From the IMG/VR virus record IMGVR_UViG_3300037524_000636, positions 5,857-69,856 of that record: a stretch of DNA of 64,000 nt; one strand, 5' to 3'. A model generated the notes under the pieces. The model saw only the letters and a list, made by a program, of their open reading frames with translations, did not search any database and was not told the origin of the DNA. The translations under genes and the position numbers were made by a program. Every line of letters starts with the position of its first letter. Position 1 is the first letter of the stretch. Source of the stretch: a virus (Duplodnaviria > Caudoviricetes). This document shows, one piece after another, positions 10,283 to 19,646 of the stretch.

Positions 10283-10510
10283 ATGGAGACGACCACCCAA
10301 CCCACCGCACCGTCACTGAGCCTGCGCGAGCGCATGAAGATGGAAATTCACGCCTTGCAGCAGCAACACGACCAGCTCGCCACGCAACACGCGATGAGCC
10401 AGAAGCAGACTGAAGCCCTTGGCAACGCGCTCCAGCGCACCAAGGGAGCCATCAGCGCGCTGGAGGCTTTGGTCGGTCCGGACGGCCCACCGGCTCCCAC
10501 CGCCACTTAA
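10283..10510 (+). CDS. Small coiled-coil hypothetical protein
   Basis: Heptad-like EIHALQQQHDQL..LQRTKGAISALEAL; A/C-rich leader. Confidence 0.6.
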   Translation: METTTQPTAPSLSLRERMKMEIHALQQQHDQLATQHAMSQKQTEALGNALQRTKGAISALEALVGPDGPPAPTAT

Positions 10511-10522
10511 CCCGTATTCGCC

Positions 10523-11263
10523 ATGTCATTACCGACCCCGTTAGCACTCACGATGATGCGAGGTGACACGACCACCTTCGTCATCCCAACCACGTGGAAC
10601 GATGCCACCTTCATCCCTGCCGCTGCCGACTGGGATTTGATACACACCGTCAAGGAGAACGAAAGCGACGCGGACGGAGACGCGCTCTACCAAAAGGAGA
10701 CAGGGGCCGGCATCGCTCCCACAACGGGCTCGGTGCCTTCCGTCGATGTCTCCATCCTGCCGGCCGACAGCGCGAGTGCCGTGCTTGGCCACCGCTACTC
10801 GTGGGACGTGCAGGCGCAGCACAAGACAACCAGCGAGGTGCGGACTATCGCCCGTGGCACGCTGGTCTTCGTGCGCGACATCACGCAAGGCACAACGACG
10901 GCGGTGCCGGTCAACACGACTGCGCCGGCCAACGTCATGTCCGGTCGGCGCTGGGCGCAGATGTTCCAATACTTGGAGCCGACAACCGATGTTGAGCTGG
11001 ACCCGGACGTTCATCGCGCTGGCATCGACATCAACCCTGTCGCGGGAATCATTGACGTGATCCTGCCAGCGGCGGTCGCGGCGGTCGACGGCAACGAGGA
11101 CGAGGTGAGCTGGCGGTTCGTGCTGGCAAACGTCGGAGACGGCACCTACATGTTCCGCGTCTGGCTCAACGACGGCACGACGCCGTTCGAGGGAGGGCAC
11201 GAGGTCGAGGCACCGGCTGCGGTTGTCGCAGGCTGGAACGGCCACACCTACGTCATCAGCTAA
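10523..11263 (+). CDS. Virion structural protein with BppU-like N-terminal domain
   Basis: LTMMRGDTTTF..HTVK..YSWDVQ..RTIARGTL pattern resembles BppU N-terminal beta-sandwiches. Confidence 0.45.
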   Translation: MSLPTPLALTMMRGDTTTFVIPTTWNDATFIPAAADWDLIHTVKENESDADGDALYQKETGAGIAPTTGSVPSVDVSILPADSASAVLGHRYSWDVQAQHKTTSEVRTIARGTLVFVRDITQGTTTAVPVNTTAPANVMSGRRWAQMFQYLEPTTDVELDPDVHRAGIDINPVAGIIDVILPAAVAAVDGNEDEVSWRFVLANVGDGTYMFRVWLNDGTTPFEGGHEVEAPAAVVAGWNGHTYVIS

Positions 11264-11278
11264 CGGAGGGACGACCTG

Positions 11279-14200
11279 ATGCTTTTTCCTCGAAAGACTT
11301 CGCGGCTCAAAGCTGCCACGGTGTGCGTGATGCCGAAGGACTACGACTCGTCCTTTCAGGCGTATCGGAACATCGGGCTAAACCGGAGAAACCAGTGGGG
11401 GCCATTTCGTTGCTTTACGACGGCTGCGGCTGACAGGTGGACCGTGCCGTATGACGCAGTTCGAATCGGTGACAAGATTGAGCTGTTCATCGACCACGCG
11501 CCCAACAGCACGGCGACCGGCAGCACTCAGTTCCTCTTGCATCAGGGCACCAGCTCACTTGCGGCGAACCTCTCTTATGCCTTGTCGTGGAACACCTCGG
11601 GGCTTCTTCGCTTTCAGGTGTCAGACGGAACGAACATCATTGACGTTGCTTCCGGTTCTAGCGTCGCGGGGATTTCAGGTGGCGCAGGAGTTCGTCAGCG
11701 CATCAAGGTGCTTTACATCCGTGACACGGGCGCGGGGCAATTCAGCCTGCGCTACTACCGCACATCGGACTTCTCCGTTCCGGTGCATGAGGTGACCGAT
11801 TGGGTTGAGCGCGATAATGGAGAGATGACGGGAACTTCAATCGGAGCGACGAGAGTTGTCAGTGCCGTGCTCACCATCTGCTCGTTCTACGATGCGTTGG
11901 CGGGTGGCACCTACGGTAGCTGGTTCGGAGCCTCAATTCGCGTCAACGATGTGCTGGTCTATGCGGTTGACTGGACCACCGGCACCGAAGGCTTCCCTGT
12001 TGCTTATCCGCCTTTGGCTGGGTTGCCGGGAGATTGCTATGTCAAGGACGGTATTCTGGTTACGCCGGGGAAAAATTGGGCGGCGTGTCTCTTGCCTCTT
12101 TTGGGTGCAACCGATGATTTTGACCTGATCATGCGGGTGAAGCCCGCCACTGGTGCTGGCAGTTACTATGTGATCGGACAGCTTCACACCGGGGTGCTCG
12201 GCTCGTGGGGGCTGATCTATGCTGACGCAACGAATGTCACCTTCCGGGTGTTCGACAACAGCGGGGTGGCGGTAAACCACACACTGCTTAGTAGTTCTCT
12301 GGTCACGGCTGATTGGAAGTGGCTTCGGTTGACCAGAGTGGCGTCAACTGGGGTGGTTCAATTCTGGCTGAAGGATGGGACATCTCCAGTGGTGCCTGAG
12401 TCATGGGGAACTGCTGATGGTTCAGTCACGGCAGTAAGTGGAACGCTGAGTTCCACGAATCGCCTCTTGATTGGTCACGGCGGCAACGTATGGAAAGGCG
12501 AGTGTTCATGGGTTCAATACGCCACTGAGATTGACGGCGACCCAATTTGCTTCATCGACTTTAGGCAGGTAAGTGACAAGGCCCACCTGATGACCATTCC
12601 TTCTGGCGTGGCCGGGGATGCTGATATCTGGGGAGCTTACGGAGCGACGAGAGTTGGCAATGCCAGAATCGCCAAAGCAGGATGGGCATTGAAGCCGTTA
12701 GGAACGGCTGACCCGGTTGAGGTCGATTGGACCGGGAAGCCGGTTTTTGACTTTCCGGGCGGCACCAAGCTGGGAGGATACGATGCGATCACCATCGCCA
12801 ACCCCAACGGGGCGGCAGCGACCGAAACGACCTTGACTTATGAGGACGACACAACGGCAGTCATTTCGCCTCAAGGCGCGACTCTGCAATACGGTTGCCG
12901 GTCTATCGTTACAGAGGTCAAGGGACCGACTCCCGGCACGTCGCTGAATGGCTCCCGTTACATTGAGGTGCGCGGGAACTACGCCTACGTCTGTTGTTAC
13001 TCCTACGATGCTGTTGCCATTATCGACATCACCGATCCTGCGGTTCCAGTGTGGGTGAGTGCATTTCGAGGCCCAACTCCCGGCACCTCGCTTGATGGTG
13101 CGAGGGCCATTGTATTCAGTGGAAACTACGCCTTTGTTGGATGCGGGGATCGTAACTCGGTTGCCGTGCTCGACTTTACCGACCCCGTGGCCCCCGTTTG
13201 GGTGACAGAGACTCAGGGTCCAACTCCAGACACGTCGCTTGATGGGGTTTACCATGTGGCGTTGTCAGGGAACTACCTATACGTCGCCTGCACCGACCGG
13301 GACAGCCTTGCGATCATCGACGTTACAGATCCGACCGTGCCCGTTTGGGTGACTGAAGTTCGCGGCCCGACTCCCGGCACCTCGCTTGATGGCGCGTCTG
13401 GTGTTCTGATCAACGGGAACTACGCCTACGTTGGATGCCAGACCAGACGCAACGTAGCGGTGATCGACATCACCACGCCAACCTCGCCAGTCTGGGTGAC
13501 TGAAGTTCGCGGCCCGACTCCCGGCACCTCGCTTGATGGCGCTACGTTCTGCACCCTACTAGGGAACTACCTTCTTGTCGGCACACAGAGCCGAGGCTCG
13601 ATGGCGGTGCTGGACGTGACTAACCCAGCCAGCCCGACATGGGTGACTGAGATTCGAGGACCAGAAAGCAACGCTTTCATGGGAGGCTCAACCAACGTCT
13701 CTGTGTCAGGGAATCGGGCTTATGTTTCCTCTTCAGTGCGAGAATCGCTGACGGTGATCGACATCACCAACCCTGCCGCGCCTCTGTGGATCGGAGAAAT
13801 TGCAGGTGATATCTATGGCACTACAATGGACCAGTGCTTCTACAACGTCGTGGTAGGTGACTATGTGCTTACAGCGTCGTTGAACGGAGACGTGTTTCAT
13901 TCCCATGATCGGTTCATTCTCGACAACCTGAACAAGTATCAGGGCAAGCGCATCACCAAGATCGAATCGACGGACGGCAAGATTCTGTTGCTGCCAGACC
14001 ATCAGACCGCGCCGACCAATCGTGGCACGGCTGGAGGCAGCGCCTCAATCACGCGCAGGACGAGAAGGGTCCAGCTTGCCGTGATGACCGGAGAAACTGG
14101 CCGCATTTGGGTGGGCGATGGAGTCGATGATCGCTTGTTTTTCCTGAACGACGGCCTGCTTGATTGTAACGTGGGCGACATGTTCATACTGTCGGCGCTC

Positions 14201-14656
14201 CACCGGACTCATTTTCATACTCCCTACGGAGACATTCTATTTAAGAAAAGCCCGGTCGGGGGGAACGCGTCGGCTGGGGTGCGCCTAGCTGAGCACTACA
14301 CCGAGCCGGGTTACACCGCCATCATTGGCGATGGGACAAACTCAGTCATTGCTTACGGTCTTTTAAGTGGCTTGTCTGAGCTTCACCAGCCAATGGTCGT
14401 TCGGAATGGTCCAGCCAGTCGCGTTTTTTGTGTAAAGGCAGGCAGCAGCTACACCAAGACCAGTGGATATTCCGATATCACGGGCGACTTGAGAACAACT
14501 ACGGTCCTGTCTGCCTTCTCGTCTATAAACGCATACAAGAACTGCGAGATTGGAGGCTTGCTGATGGCTAGAAGCTGGATTCAACCAAAGGAGCTGTCAC
14601 TCATCAAGTGGCAGATGAAGAACTACCGCCGCGCCCAGTCACTCATCGCCGCGTAA
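11279..14656 (+). CDS. Large adhesin-like protein with LamG/ConA-like domains and an LVIVD-repeat beta-propeller
   Basis: Seven ~49-aa repeats (GNYAYV...AIIDITDP..PVWV); GDGVDDRL LamG-like motif; upstream GGAGG. Confidence 0.7.
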   Translation: MLFPRKTSRLKAATVCVMPKDYDSSFQAYRNIGLNRRNQWGPFRCFTTAAADRWTVPYDAVRIGDKIELFIDHAPNSTATGSTQFLLHQGTSSLAANLSYALSWNTSGLLRFQVSDGTNIIDVASGSSVAGISGGAGVRQRIKVLYIRDTGAGQFSLRYYRTSDFSVPVHEVTDWVERDNGEMTGTSIGATRVVSAVLTICSFYDALAGGTYGSWFGASIRVNDVLVYAVDWTTGTEGFPVAYPPLAGLPGDCYVKDGILVTPGKNWAACLLPLLGATDDFDLIMRVKPATGAGSYYVIGQLHTGVLGSWGLIYADATNVTFRVFDNSGVAVNHTLLSSSLVTADWKWLRLTRVASTGVVQFWLKDGTSPVVPESWGTADGSVTAVSGTLSSTNRLLIGHGGNVWKGECSWVQYATEIDGDPICFIDFRQVSDKAHLMTIPSGVAGDADIWGAYGATRVGNARIAKAGWALKPLGTADPVEVDWTGKPVFDFPGGTKLGGYDAITIANPNGAAATETTLTYEDDTTAVISPQGATLQYGCRSIVTEVKGPTPGTSLNGSRYIEVRGNYAYVCCYSYDAVAIIDITDPAVPVWVSAFRGPTPGTSLDGARAIVFSGNYAFVGCGDRNSVAVLDFTDPVAPVWVTETQGPTPDTSLDGVYHVALSGNYLYVACTDRDSLAIIDVTDPTVPVWVTEVRGPTPGTSLDGASGVLINGNYAYVGCQTRRNVAVIDITTPTSPVWVTEVRGPTPGTSLDGATFCTLLGNYLLVGTQSRGSMAVLDVTNPASPTWVTEIRGPESNAFMGGSTNVSVSGNRAYVSSSVRESLTVIDITNPAAPLWIGEIAGDIYGTTMDQCFYNVVVGDYVLTASLNGDVFHSHDRFILDNLNKYQGKRITKIESTDGKILLLPDHQTAPTNRGTAGGSASITRRTRRVQLAVMTGETGRIWVGDGVDDRLFFLNDGLLDCNVGDMFILSALHRTHFHTPYGDILFKKSPVGGNASAGVRLAEHYTEPGYTAIIGDGTNSVIAYGLLSGLSELHQPMVVRNGPASRVFCVKAGSSYTKTSGYSDITGDLRTTTVLSAFSSINAYKNCEIGGLLMARSWIQPKELSLIKWQMKNYRRAQSLIAA
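12908..13880 (+). repeat. Seven tandem 147-bp LVIVD-type repeats
   Basis: Trp codons at 13052 and 13199 are 147 nt apart; GPTPGTSLDG recurs. Confidence 0.85.
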
Positions 14657-14675
14657 CAATCAACCCAATATACCG

Positions 14676-15071
14676 ATGGCTATGCTTCAACTCGTTCACT
14701 TCAACAAGGACAAGAGCTTCAACCGCTTTTTCCTCGGCACGCAGGAGCAACTGAGCAAGACGCTCTTCACCGACGACGGCCTGCCGCGCACGCAGCTTGT
14801 CGGCTTGCCGCCAGCGCACGACCCAAGCAGGGAGGAGGTTCGCCGCACGATCGAAGGGTGGATCAAGCTCGACATCCCAGCGGACGTCATTGCCGCACGC
14901 GAAGCGGTAGCGATGGCGCAGGTCGAGGAGGAGGCGGAGAAAGACCGCATCCGCAAGTTCAAGGACAAGCTCGACGAGCACATTGCCGCCGAAAGCATGA
15001 CCGGCGCGCAGATGTTCGCGGCGATCAAAACTCACGCCCGCATCCTCCGCTACCTGATCAAGAACATCTGA
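14676..15071 (+). CDS. Hypothetical protein
   Basis: Compact ORF with A/C-rich leader and charged C-terminal helix. Confidence 0.6.
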   Translation: MAMLQLVHFNKDKSFNRFFLGTQEQLSKTLFTDDGLPRTQLVGLPPAHDPSREEVRRTIEGWIKLDIPADVIAAREAVAMAQVEEEAEKDRIRKFKDKLDEHIAAESMTGAQMFAAIKTHARILRYLIKNI

Positions 15072-15072
15072 C

Positions 15073-15213
15073 ATGAGCACCCCAAGTCCACAACTCCTGA
15101 CGGCCTTCGACGTTTTCTCGACCGAGGCCGCAGACAGTGGCGTTGCTTTCGACCTGATCGTCACGCCGACCTCCGTCCGCGACGGAATCGACATTGGCAA
15201 CATCATGGCTTGA
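15073..15213 (+). CDS. Small hypothetical protein (46 aa, MSTPSPQLL...; not in ORF track)
   Basis: ATG 15073 to TGA 15211-13 fills the gap between two genes. Confidence 0.45.
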   Translation: MSTPSPQLLTAFDVFSTEAADSGVAFDLIVTPTSVRDGIDIGNIMA

Positions 15214-15226
15214 GACCGTAGAACAA

Positions 15227-15733
15227 ATGAACACCATCAACCACATCGACCCAACGGTGGCCCTTGGAGAAGGCTGCCAAGTCTGGCACTTCGCCGTCGT
15301 GCTGGCCGGGACTGTCCTCGGCCGCAACGTGAGCGTCGGCTCGCGGGTGGAGATAGGCCGAGGCAGCACCATCGGCGACAACACGCGAATTGGCAGTGGC
15401 GCGTTTCTGCCAGCGAACAGCAAAGTCGGCAACGGGGTTTTCATCGGCCCCAACGTCACGTTCACGGACGACCGATGGCCCATCGCCGGGAACTATGACT
15501 ACGTGGCCGAGCCTCCTAACGTTGGCGACTTTGCCAGCATCGGAGCCGGTGCTGTCATTCTGCCCGGCGTCATCATCGGTGCGCACGCCATGATTGGTGC
15601 CGGCGCGGTTGTCGCCCACCACGTCGAGCCCGGCGGGGTCGTGCGTGGGGAGCCGGCCAAGTTGCGTCGTGTCATCTCACAGCCGCACCCATTGCACCGT
15701 CCGCAAGCCTTGCAAGAGGCCTTGTCGTCATGA
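15227..15733 (+). CDS. Hexapeptide-repeat sugar N/O-acetyltransferase (WbpD/WxcM-like)
   Basis: Left-handed beta-helix repeats (IGRGSTIGDNTRIG), IGPNVTFTDD..P, IGAGAVV..V...GEPA. Confidence 0.85.
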   Translation: MNTINHIDPTVALGEGCQVWHFAVVLAGTVLGRNVSVGSRVEIGRGSTIGDNTRIGSGAFLPANSKVGNGVFIGPNVTFTDDRWPIAGNYDYVAEPPNVGDFASIGAGAVILPGVIIGAHAMIGAGAVVAHHVEPGGVVRGEPAKLRRVISQPHPLHRPQALQEALSS

Positions 15734-16623
15734 AGTCGATACGGCTTGGCGCCTACATGATCGTCCGGAACGAGCGGGCCTTGATCGAGCGGGCGCTGTC
15801 GAGTCTTCACAGCGTTGACGAGTTGATCGTCGCCGACACTGGCTCGACCGACGGCACGCAAGAGTTGATCGCCACAAGCTTCCCAGATGTCCGGTTGCTG
15901 CAAACGGAGTGGGACGACGATTTCGCAAGGGCGCGCAACTTCGCCCGGATGCACGCCACCGCCGACTGGTGCATCATTCTCGATGCCGATGAGTATCTGT
16001 CGCCCATGTCGGTCTCGGTGATTCGCGAAGCCATCATCAGTCGTGCGCAGGACGACCAGAACGCGTTCCGCCTGCTTTGTCAGGCCGAGCGCGTTCCGAG
16101 GCAGAAGCACACGATGATCCGGGTTCACCGAAACAAGCCGGACATCTTTTGGATCGGTGCGATTCACGAAGCCCTTAACGTCTTCGATGAAACCGTAATT
16201 GAGGGAGCAATACTGACCTACGGTTACAGCCCTTCGCACGAGAAGGACCCAGAGCGCACGATGCGGATACTTGAGCGCGAGCATGCCCGCATGCCTGACG
16301 AGCCACGAACGCTCTACTACCTAGCTAGGGAGCACTTCAATTCGTTCAACTACAAGCGGGCGACAGAACTGTTTGAGAGGAGAGTCAAACAACCGGGATA
16401 TCTGCCCGAGTTAGCTGACGCCTGGCTCTACCTGGCCAGGTCTCACTGGATCAATGGGCGCCCGGACGATGCACGAACAGCCTGCGCTCAGGCTCTCGTT
16501 GTCAACGCCGACTTCCGCGAAGCCCTGATGTTCATGGCCGAGATGAGTTGGCCGCACAACGCGTCGCGATGGCGCGAATACGCAATGCACGCCACAAACG
16601 AGCGCGTGCTTTTCATCCGATGA
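15730..16623 (+). CDS. GT2 glycosyltransferase with TPR-like C-terminus (SunS/SgtA-like)
   Basis: MIVRNE..L.S..VDELIVADTGSTDGT, W.DDFA.ARN, ILDADE, W.GAIHE, R.LYYLARE. Confidence 0.88.
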   Translation: MKSIRLGAYMIVRNERALIERALSSLHSVDELIVADTGSTDGTQELIATSFPDVRLLQTEWDDDFARARNFARMHATADWCIILDADEYLSPMSVSVIREAIISRAQDDQNAFRLLCQAERVPRQKHTMIRVHRNKPDIFWIGAIHEALNVFDETVIEGAILTYGYSPSHEKDPERTMRILEREHARMPDEPRTLYYLAREHFNSFNYKRATELFERRVKQPGYLPELADAWLYLARSHWINGRPDDARTACAQALVVNADFREALMFMAEMSWPHNASRWREYAMHATNERVLFIR

Positions 16624-17810
16624 ACTGGCAACCTGTCATTGCCTACCGCAGCCTGATCGAGGTCGAGTGCCGCCGTTGGTGTGGCGGCAGCGACATCGTC
16701 CACGACGAAATGATCATGCTCTCGCAAGACTACATTGCACGATATTGGCCGGCGCGCATCGAAACCACCGAGCACACCGTTGTCCGTCAACTCTGTCGTT
16801 GGGCGTGCCAGCACGTTTGGAAGCGCAGACGCGACGAACGCCGCTTGTTCGTCGAACTCAAGCACGCGCAGAAGACAGTTCCTGACACGCCAACAGCTTT
16901 TCCCACACTCGCCCTTGTCTCTGTATGCTCTGCGATAGAAAAGCTCAGTGGAAGCGATAGGATTGTCTTCCACGAACATTTCGAGTGCGGCTTGAGTTGG
17001 ACTGACGCAATGCGGGCCGCCGGACTGTCGAGCGTCCGCAGTGTCACCAGACATCGCGACAGGTTCCTGCGACGCTTTCGACGGACCATGGCAAGTCTCG
17101 TCATGCTTTCGTCACTACCAGTGATTGCCAGCGACCTTGGCCCGCCTCCGGAGCCCGCCTACCTAAGCAACGCACGAGTCAAGGCCACGTGGACGTGGGC
17201 GCAGGATGCGTGGGTCGTAATGCAACAGCAGGCCGACCGCATTGCCGAGCTTGAGCAACAGCTCGCCGAGAAGCCTGTTGAGGTGCCAGAGCCGGTCGCA
17301 ACGGTCACCTTTCCTTCCTCGGTGCTCATGCGCTGGGAGTTGCTGGAGTGGGGGCGTGAGAGTCTGTATCGCGTTCACTTCAGCGAGCCTCTCGGAGTGC
17401 TTGACCCGCAGCCGTTGCCGGCCGAGCCAGTCATCATCAGCTCGCAGGACTTCGTTGCTTGGGGCTCCTTCCCTGGGAGCAACTGGACCGGGGCGGGCGC
17501 GCCTATGCCCTCCGGCGATGGCCTTGGCTGGTTCGCTCCGGCGAACTGGCTGGAGTATGACGTGCCGGCTGGCTCGTGGAGCAAGGTGGCCGTGGCAATG
17601 GCTGTGCCGGAGGGCGGAGGGGAGCTTGCCCTGACCGTGGGCGACCGAACCGTCACGCTGCCTGTTCCCGGCACCGGCGCGTGGAGCACGTTCGCCGATC
17701 TGGTATTTGACTTCCCATTACTGGGACCGGCCCGCCTGCGCGTGACCGGGGCCAAAGGCGGCACCGGTTACTGGGTCGGCGACATCAAAGAAGTGAGATT
17801 GCTGCCATGA
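16620..17810 (+). CDS. ECF-sigma-like N-terminus fused through a hydrophobic segment to a CBM6-like domain
   Basis: Sigma region 4-like IEKLSGSDRIVFHEHFECGLSW..; hydrophobic ASLVMLSSLPVIA; CBM6-like LGWFAPANWLEYDV..VPGTGAWSTF; ATGA overlap gives start 16620. Confidence 0.55.
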   Translation: MNWQPVIAYRSLIEVECRRWCGGSDIVHDEMIMLSQDYIARYWPARIETTEHTVVRQLCRWACQHVWKRRRDERRLFVELKHAQKTVPDTPTAFPTLALVSVCSAIEKLSGSDRIVFHEHFECGLSWTDAMRAAGLSSVRSVTRHRDRFLRRFRRTMASLVMLSSLPVIASDLGPPPEPAYLSNARVKATWTWAQDAWVVMQQQADRIAELEQQLAEKPVEVPEPVATVTFPSSVLMRWELLEWGRESLYRVHFSEPLGVLDPQPLPAEPVIISSQDFVAWGSFPGSNWTGAGAPMPSGDGLGWFAPANWLEYDVPAGSWSKVAVAMAVPEGGGELALTVGDRTVTLPVPGTGAWSTFADLVFDFPLLGPARLRVTGAKGGTGYWVGDIKEVRLLP

Positions 17811-18064
17811 ATGAAATACTACTCGACCCGGAATATACCTACATCATCGGCGTGTTGCTGGCCATCGGAGCGGTGCTGAAACACGCACTCCCGACCTTCC
17901 CCAATCGGTTTATCCCGCTCGTCACGCTGGTCGCCGGCACCGTCGCTGTCTGTTGGTGGGCGGAAGCATGGGACAAGCACACCATTTTGGCCGGCATCAT
18001 CGTCGCATTGACGGCAACCGGCTTTCACTCCGCTACGAAAAGTCTGTCTGGAAAGGAACTATGA
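17807..18064 (+). CDS. Holin
   Basis: 85 aa, three hydrophobic segments, IGAVLK..P.RFIP..G..TGFH pattern of phage holins. Confidence 0.8.
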   Translation: MNEILLDPEYTYIIGVLLAIGAVLKHALPTFPNRFIPLVTLVAGTVAVCWWAEAWDKHTILAGIIVALTATGFHSATKSLSGKEL

Positions 18065-18495
18065 GAACCTACTTCATTTCGCTGCTGGCGGCACTGCTGC
18101 TGGCTTTCACTGGATGCACGACGTCCAACTCACTTCAGCCAGTCGCGGCTCAGTTGGCAGTCCAATACGCCACGCTCAAGGTGCTTGAGGATCATCCGGA
18201 GTATGGGCCGCGCATCATCGAGATTACCCAGCACGTCCGAGCCGTTGCTTCAGGCGACGCGGCGGCGACCGTCTCCGTCATTGACTCGTTGATACGCTCG
18301 CAGATCGACTGGAAGAAGCTGAATCAATCTCCGGCGGACGCGCTGATGGTCAACACGCTCCTGCTCGCCATTCGCAGTGAGCTTGAGACACGCATCGGCA
18401 ACGGCATCATCGACGAGAAGGCGATGCTGACGATTGCGCAGGTCGCCGGATGGATCGAGGAGGCCGCCGCCTCAACGGTTCCGCGCACTGGGTAA
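18061..18495 (+). CDS. Lipoprotein in lysis cassette (possible spanin)
   Basis: Signal peptide with lipobox AFTG-C; after holin. Confidence 0.65.
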   Translation: MRTYFISLLAALLLAFTGCTTSNSLQPVAAQLAVQYATLKVLEDHPEYGPRIIEITQHVRAVASGDAAATVSVIDSLIRSQIDWKKLNQSPADALMVNTLLLAIRSELETRIGNGIIDEKAMLTIAQVAGWIEEAAASTVPRTG

Positions 18496-18502
18496 CCCCA
18501 AC

Positions 18503-19045
18503 ATGGCACCCCGCACGGCAGCGCACGAGGCGCCAACTGTCACGCATCACGAGAGCCGCATCAGCCGGGTCGAGGCCGGCCTCGATGCGTTGCGCGGAGA
18601 CTTCGATGCGTTGCGTGGTGAGTTCCGCAACCTCACCACCGCGATCGAGAACTGGCGCAGGGACGAGAACCAACGGCAGCGGCCACAATACGGCGCACTT
18701 GGAGCGTTCGCGCTCGGCATCATCGGCATCACGTTTTCATTCGTCGCTCTTGTCCGCGCCCCCATCGCCGAGAACCAAGCACGCATGGAGCAGCAAATGC
18801 TGCGCATGGAGCAGAAGCAGGACAACCGGCTGCTGTCATTGGCTGACGACTACGAGCGGTTCGGACGCTCACAGGAAAATATCATCCACACGCACGACTT
18901 GGTCACGGACCTGAAAGCGCGGGTGCGGGAACTGGAGATGAAGGTGGCGGCAGATGGCGCGGCAATGAAGCATCTGGAGGGCAGGCTGGAGGACGTCGAC
19001 ATCGTTGGCAGCCGCCGCTGGATCAAGGGCGACGGCGCGCCGTAA
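18503..19045 (+). CDS. Coiled-coil protein with a central TM helix (lysis-associated)
   Basis: Heptads on both sides of LGAFALGIIGITFSFVALV. Confidence 0.6.
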   Translation: MAPRTAAHEAPTVTHHESRISRVEAGLDALRGDFDALRGEFRNLTTAIENWRRDENQRQRPQYGALGAFALGIIGITFSFVALVRAPIAENQARMEQQMLRMEQKQDNRLLSLADDYERFGRSQENIIHTHDLVTDLKARVRELEMKVAADGAAMKHLEGRLEDVDIVGSRRWIKGDGAP

Positions 19046-19056
19046 TCAACTTTCCC

Positions 19057-19368
19057 TCAGGGTTCTGGTGTTCTTTTCCCTAAGGGTTCAGGCGGGACCG
19101 GGTTGTCTCCTCCCGGTCCCGCCGCTCCCCCAGTTCCTGAAATCTGGTTGCTGATTCGATTGAGCAGCGTGTCAATCCGGCCCCGCTCTGCTTCATCGGG
19201 ATACCACTCGTCGTCGCCGCTCATGGTGTTGCGCCACATCTCTCCAGAGTGTGCTCTTGCTTTGCGTAAGTAGGGAACACACTCAGCCAGCACCCGCCGC
19301 AACTCCAGCAGGTGGGCCTCCAGATAGACGACGCGCTCGCTGCGCTCGGTGATGGCATGGTTGCTCAT
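19057..19368 (-). CDS. Hypothetical protein
   Basis: Last gene of an overlapping minus-strand run. Confidence 0.5.
   Translation of the reverse strand: MSNHAITERSERVVYLEAHLLELRRVLAECVPYLRKARAHSGEMWRNTMSGDDEWYPDEAERGRIDTLLNRISNQISGTGGAAGPGGDNPVPPEPLGKRTPEP
19091..19123. terminator. 12-bp perfect hairpin at the convergent junction of late and minus-strand operons
   Basis: ggcgggaccggg / cccggtcccgcc; no clear U-tract. Confidence 0.45.
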
Positions 19369-19622
19369 GGGTTTCTAGGCTCGCAGTGAGGCAACATCAC
19401 GGAATCCACGAAGCAGCCAGTCTGGTAGAACCGTTTCGGTTTCTTGGTCCAGTCGATCACCCCGTCACACTCGCGCATCAACGTAAGCTGATGCCCGTCG
19501 GGAAATACGTCGAGTGGGCCATGTCCTGTCCCGCCTCCGGTCATGGTAGTTGAAACCACACGGTAGAGACCGGGACCTAGTTTCGGGTGCTCTATCACGT
19601 CACCTGTCTTGTTCAGTTTCAT
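19365..19622 (-). CDS. Hypothetical protein
   Basis: 4-nt overlap with neighbour; GGGTGHGP.DVFPDG motif. Confidence 0.6.
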   Translation of the reverse strand: MKLNKTGDVIEHPKLGPGLYRVVSTTMTGGGTGHGPLDVFPDGHQLTLMRECDGVIDWTKKPKRFYQTGCFVDSVMLPHCEPRNP

Positions 19623-19646
19623 TGTTGTCGGAAATTGGCGTGCCGC

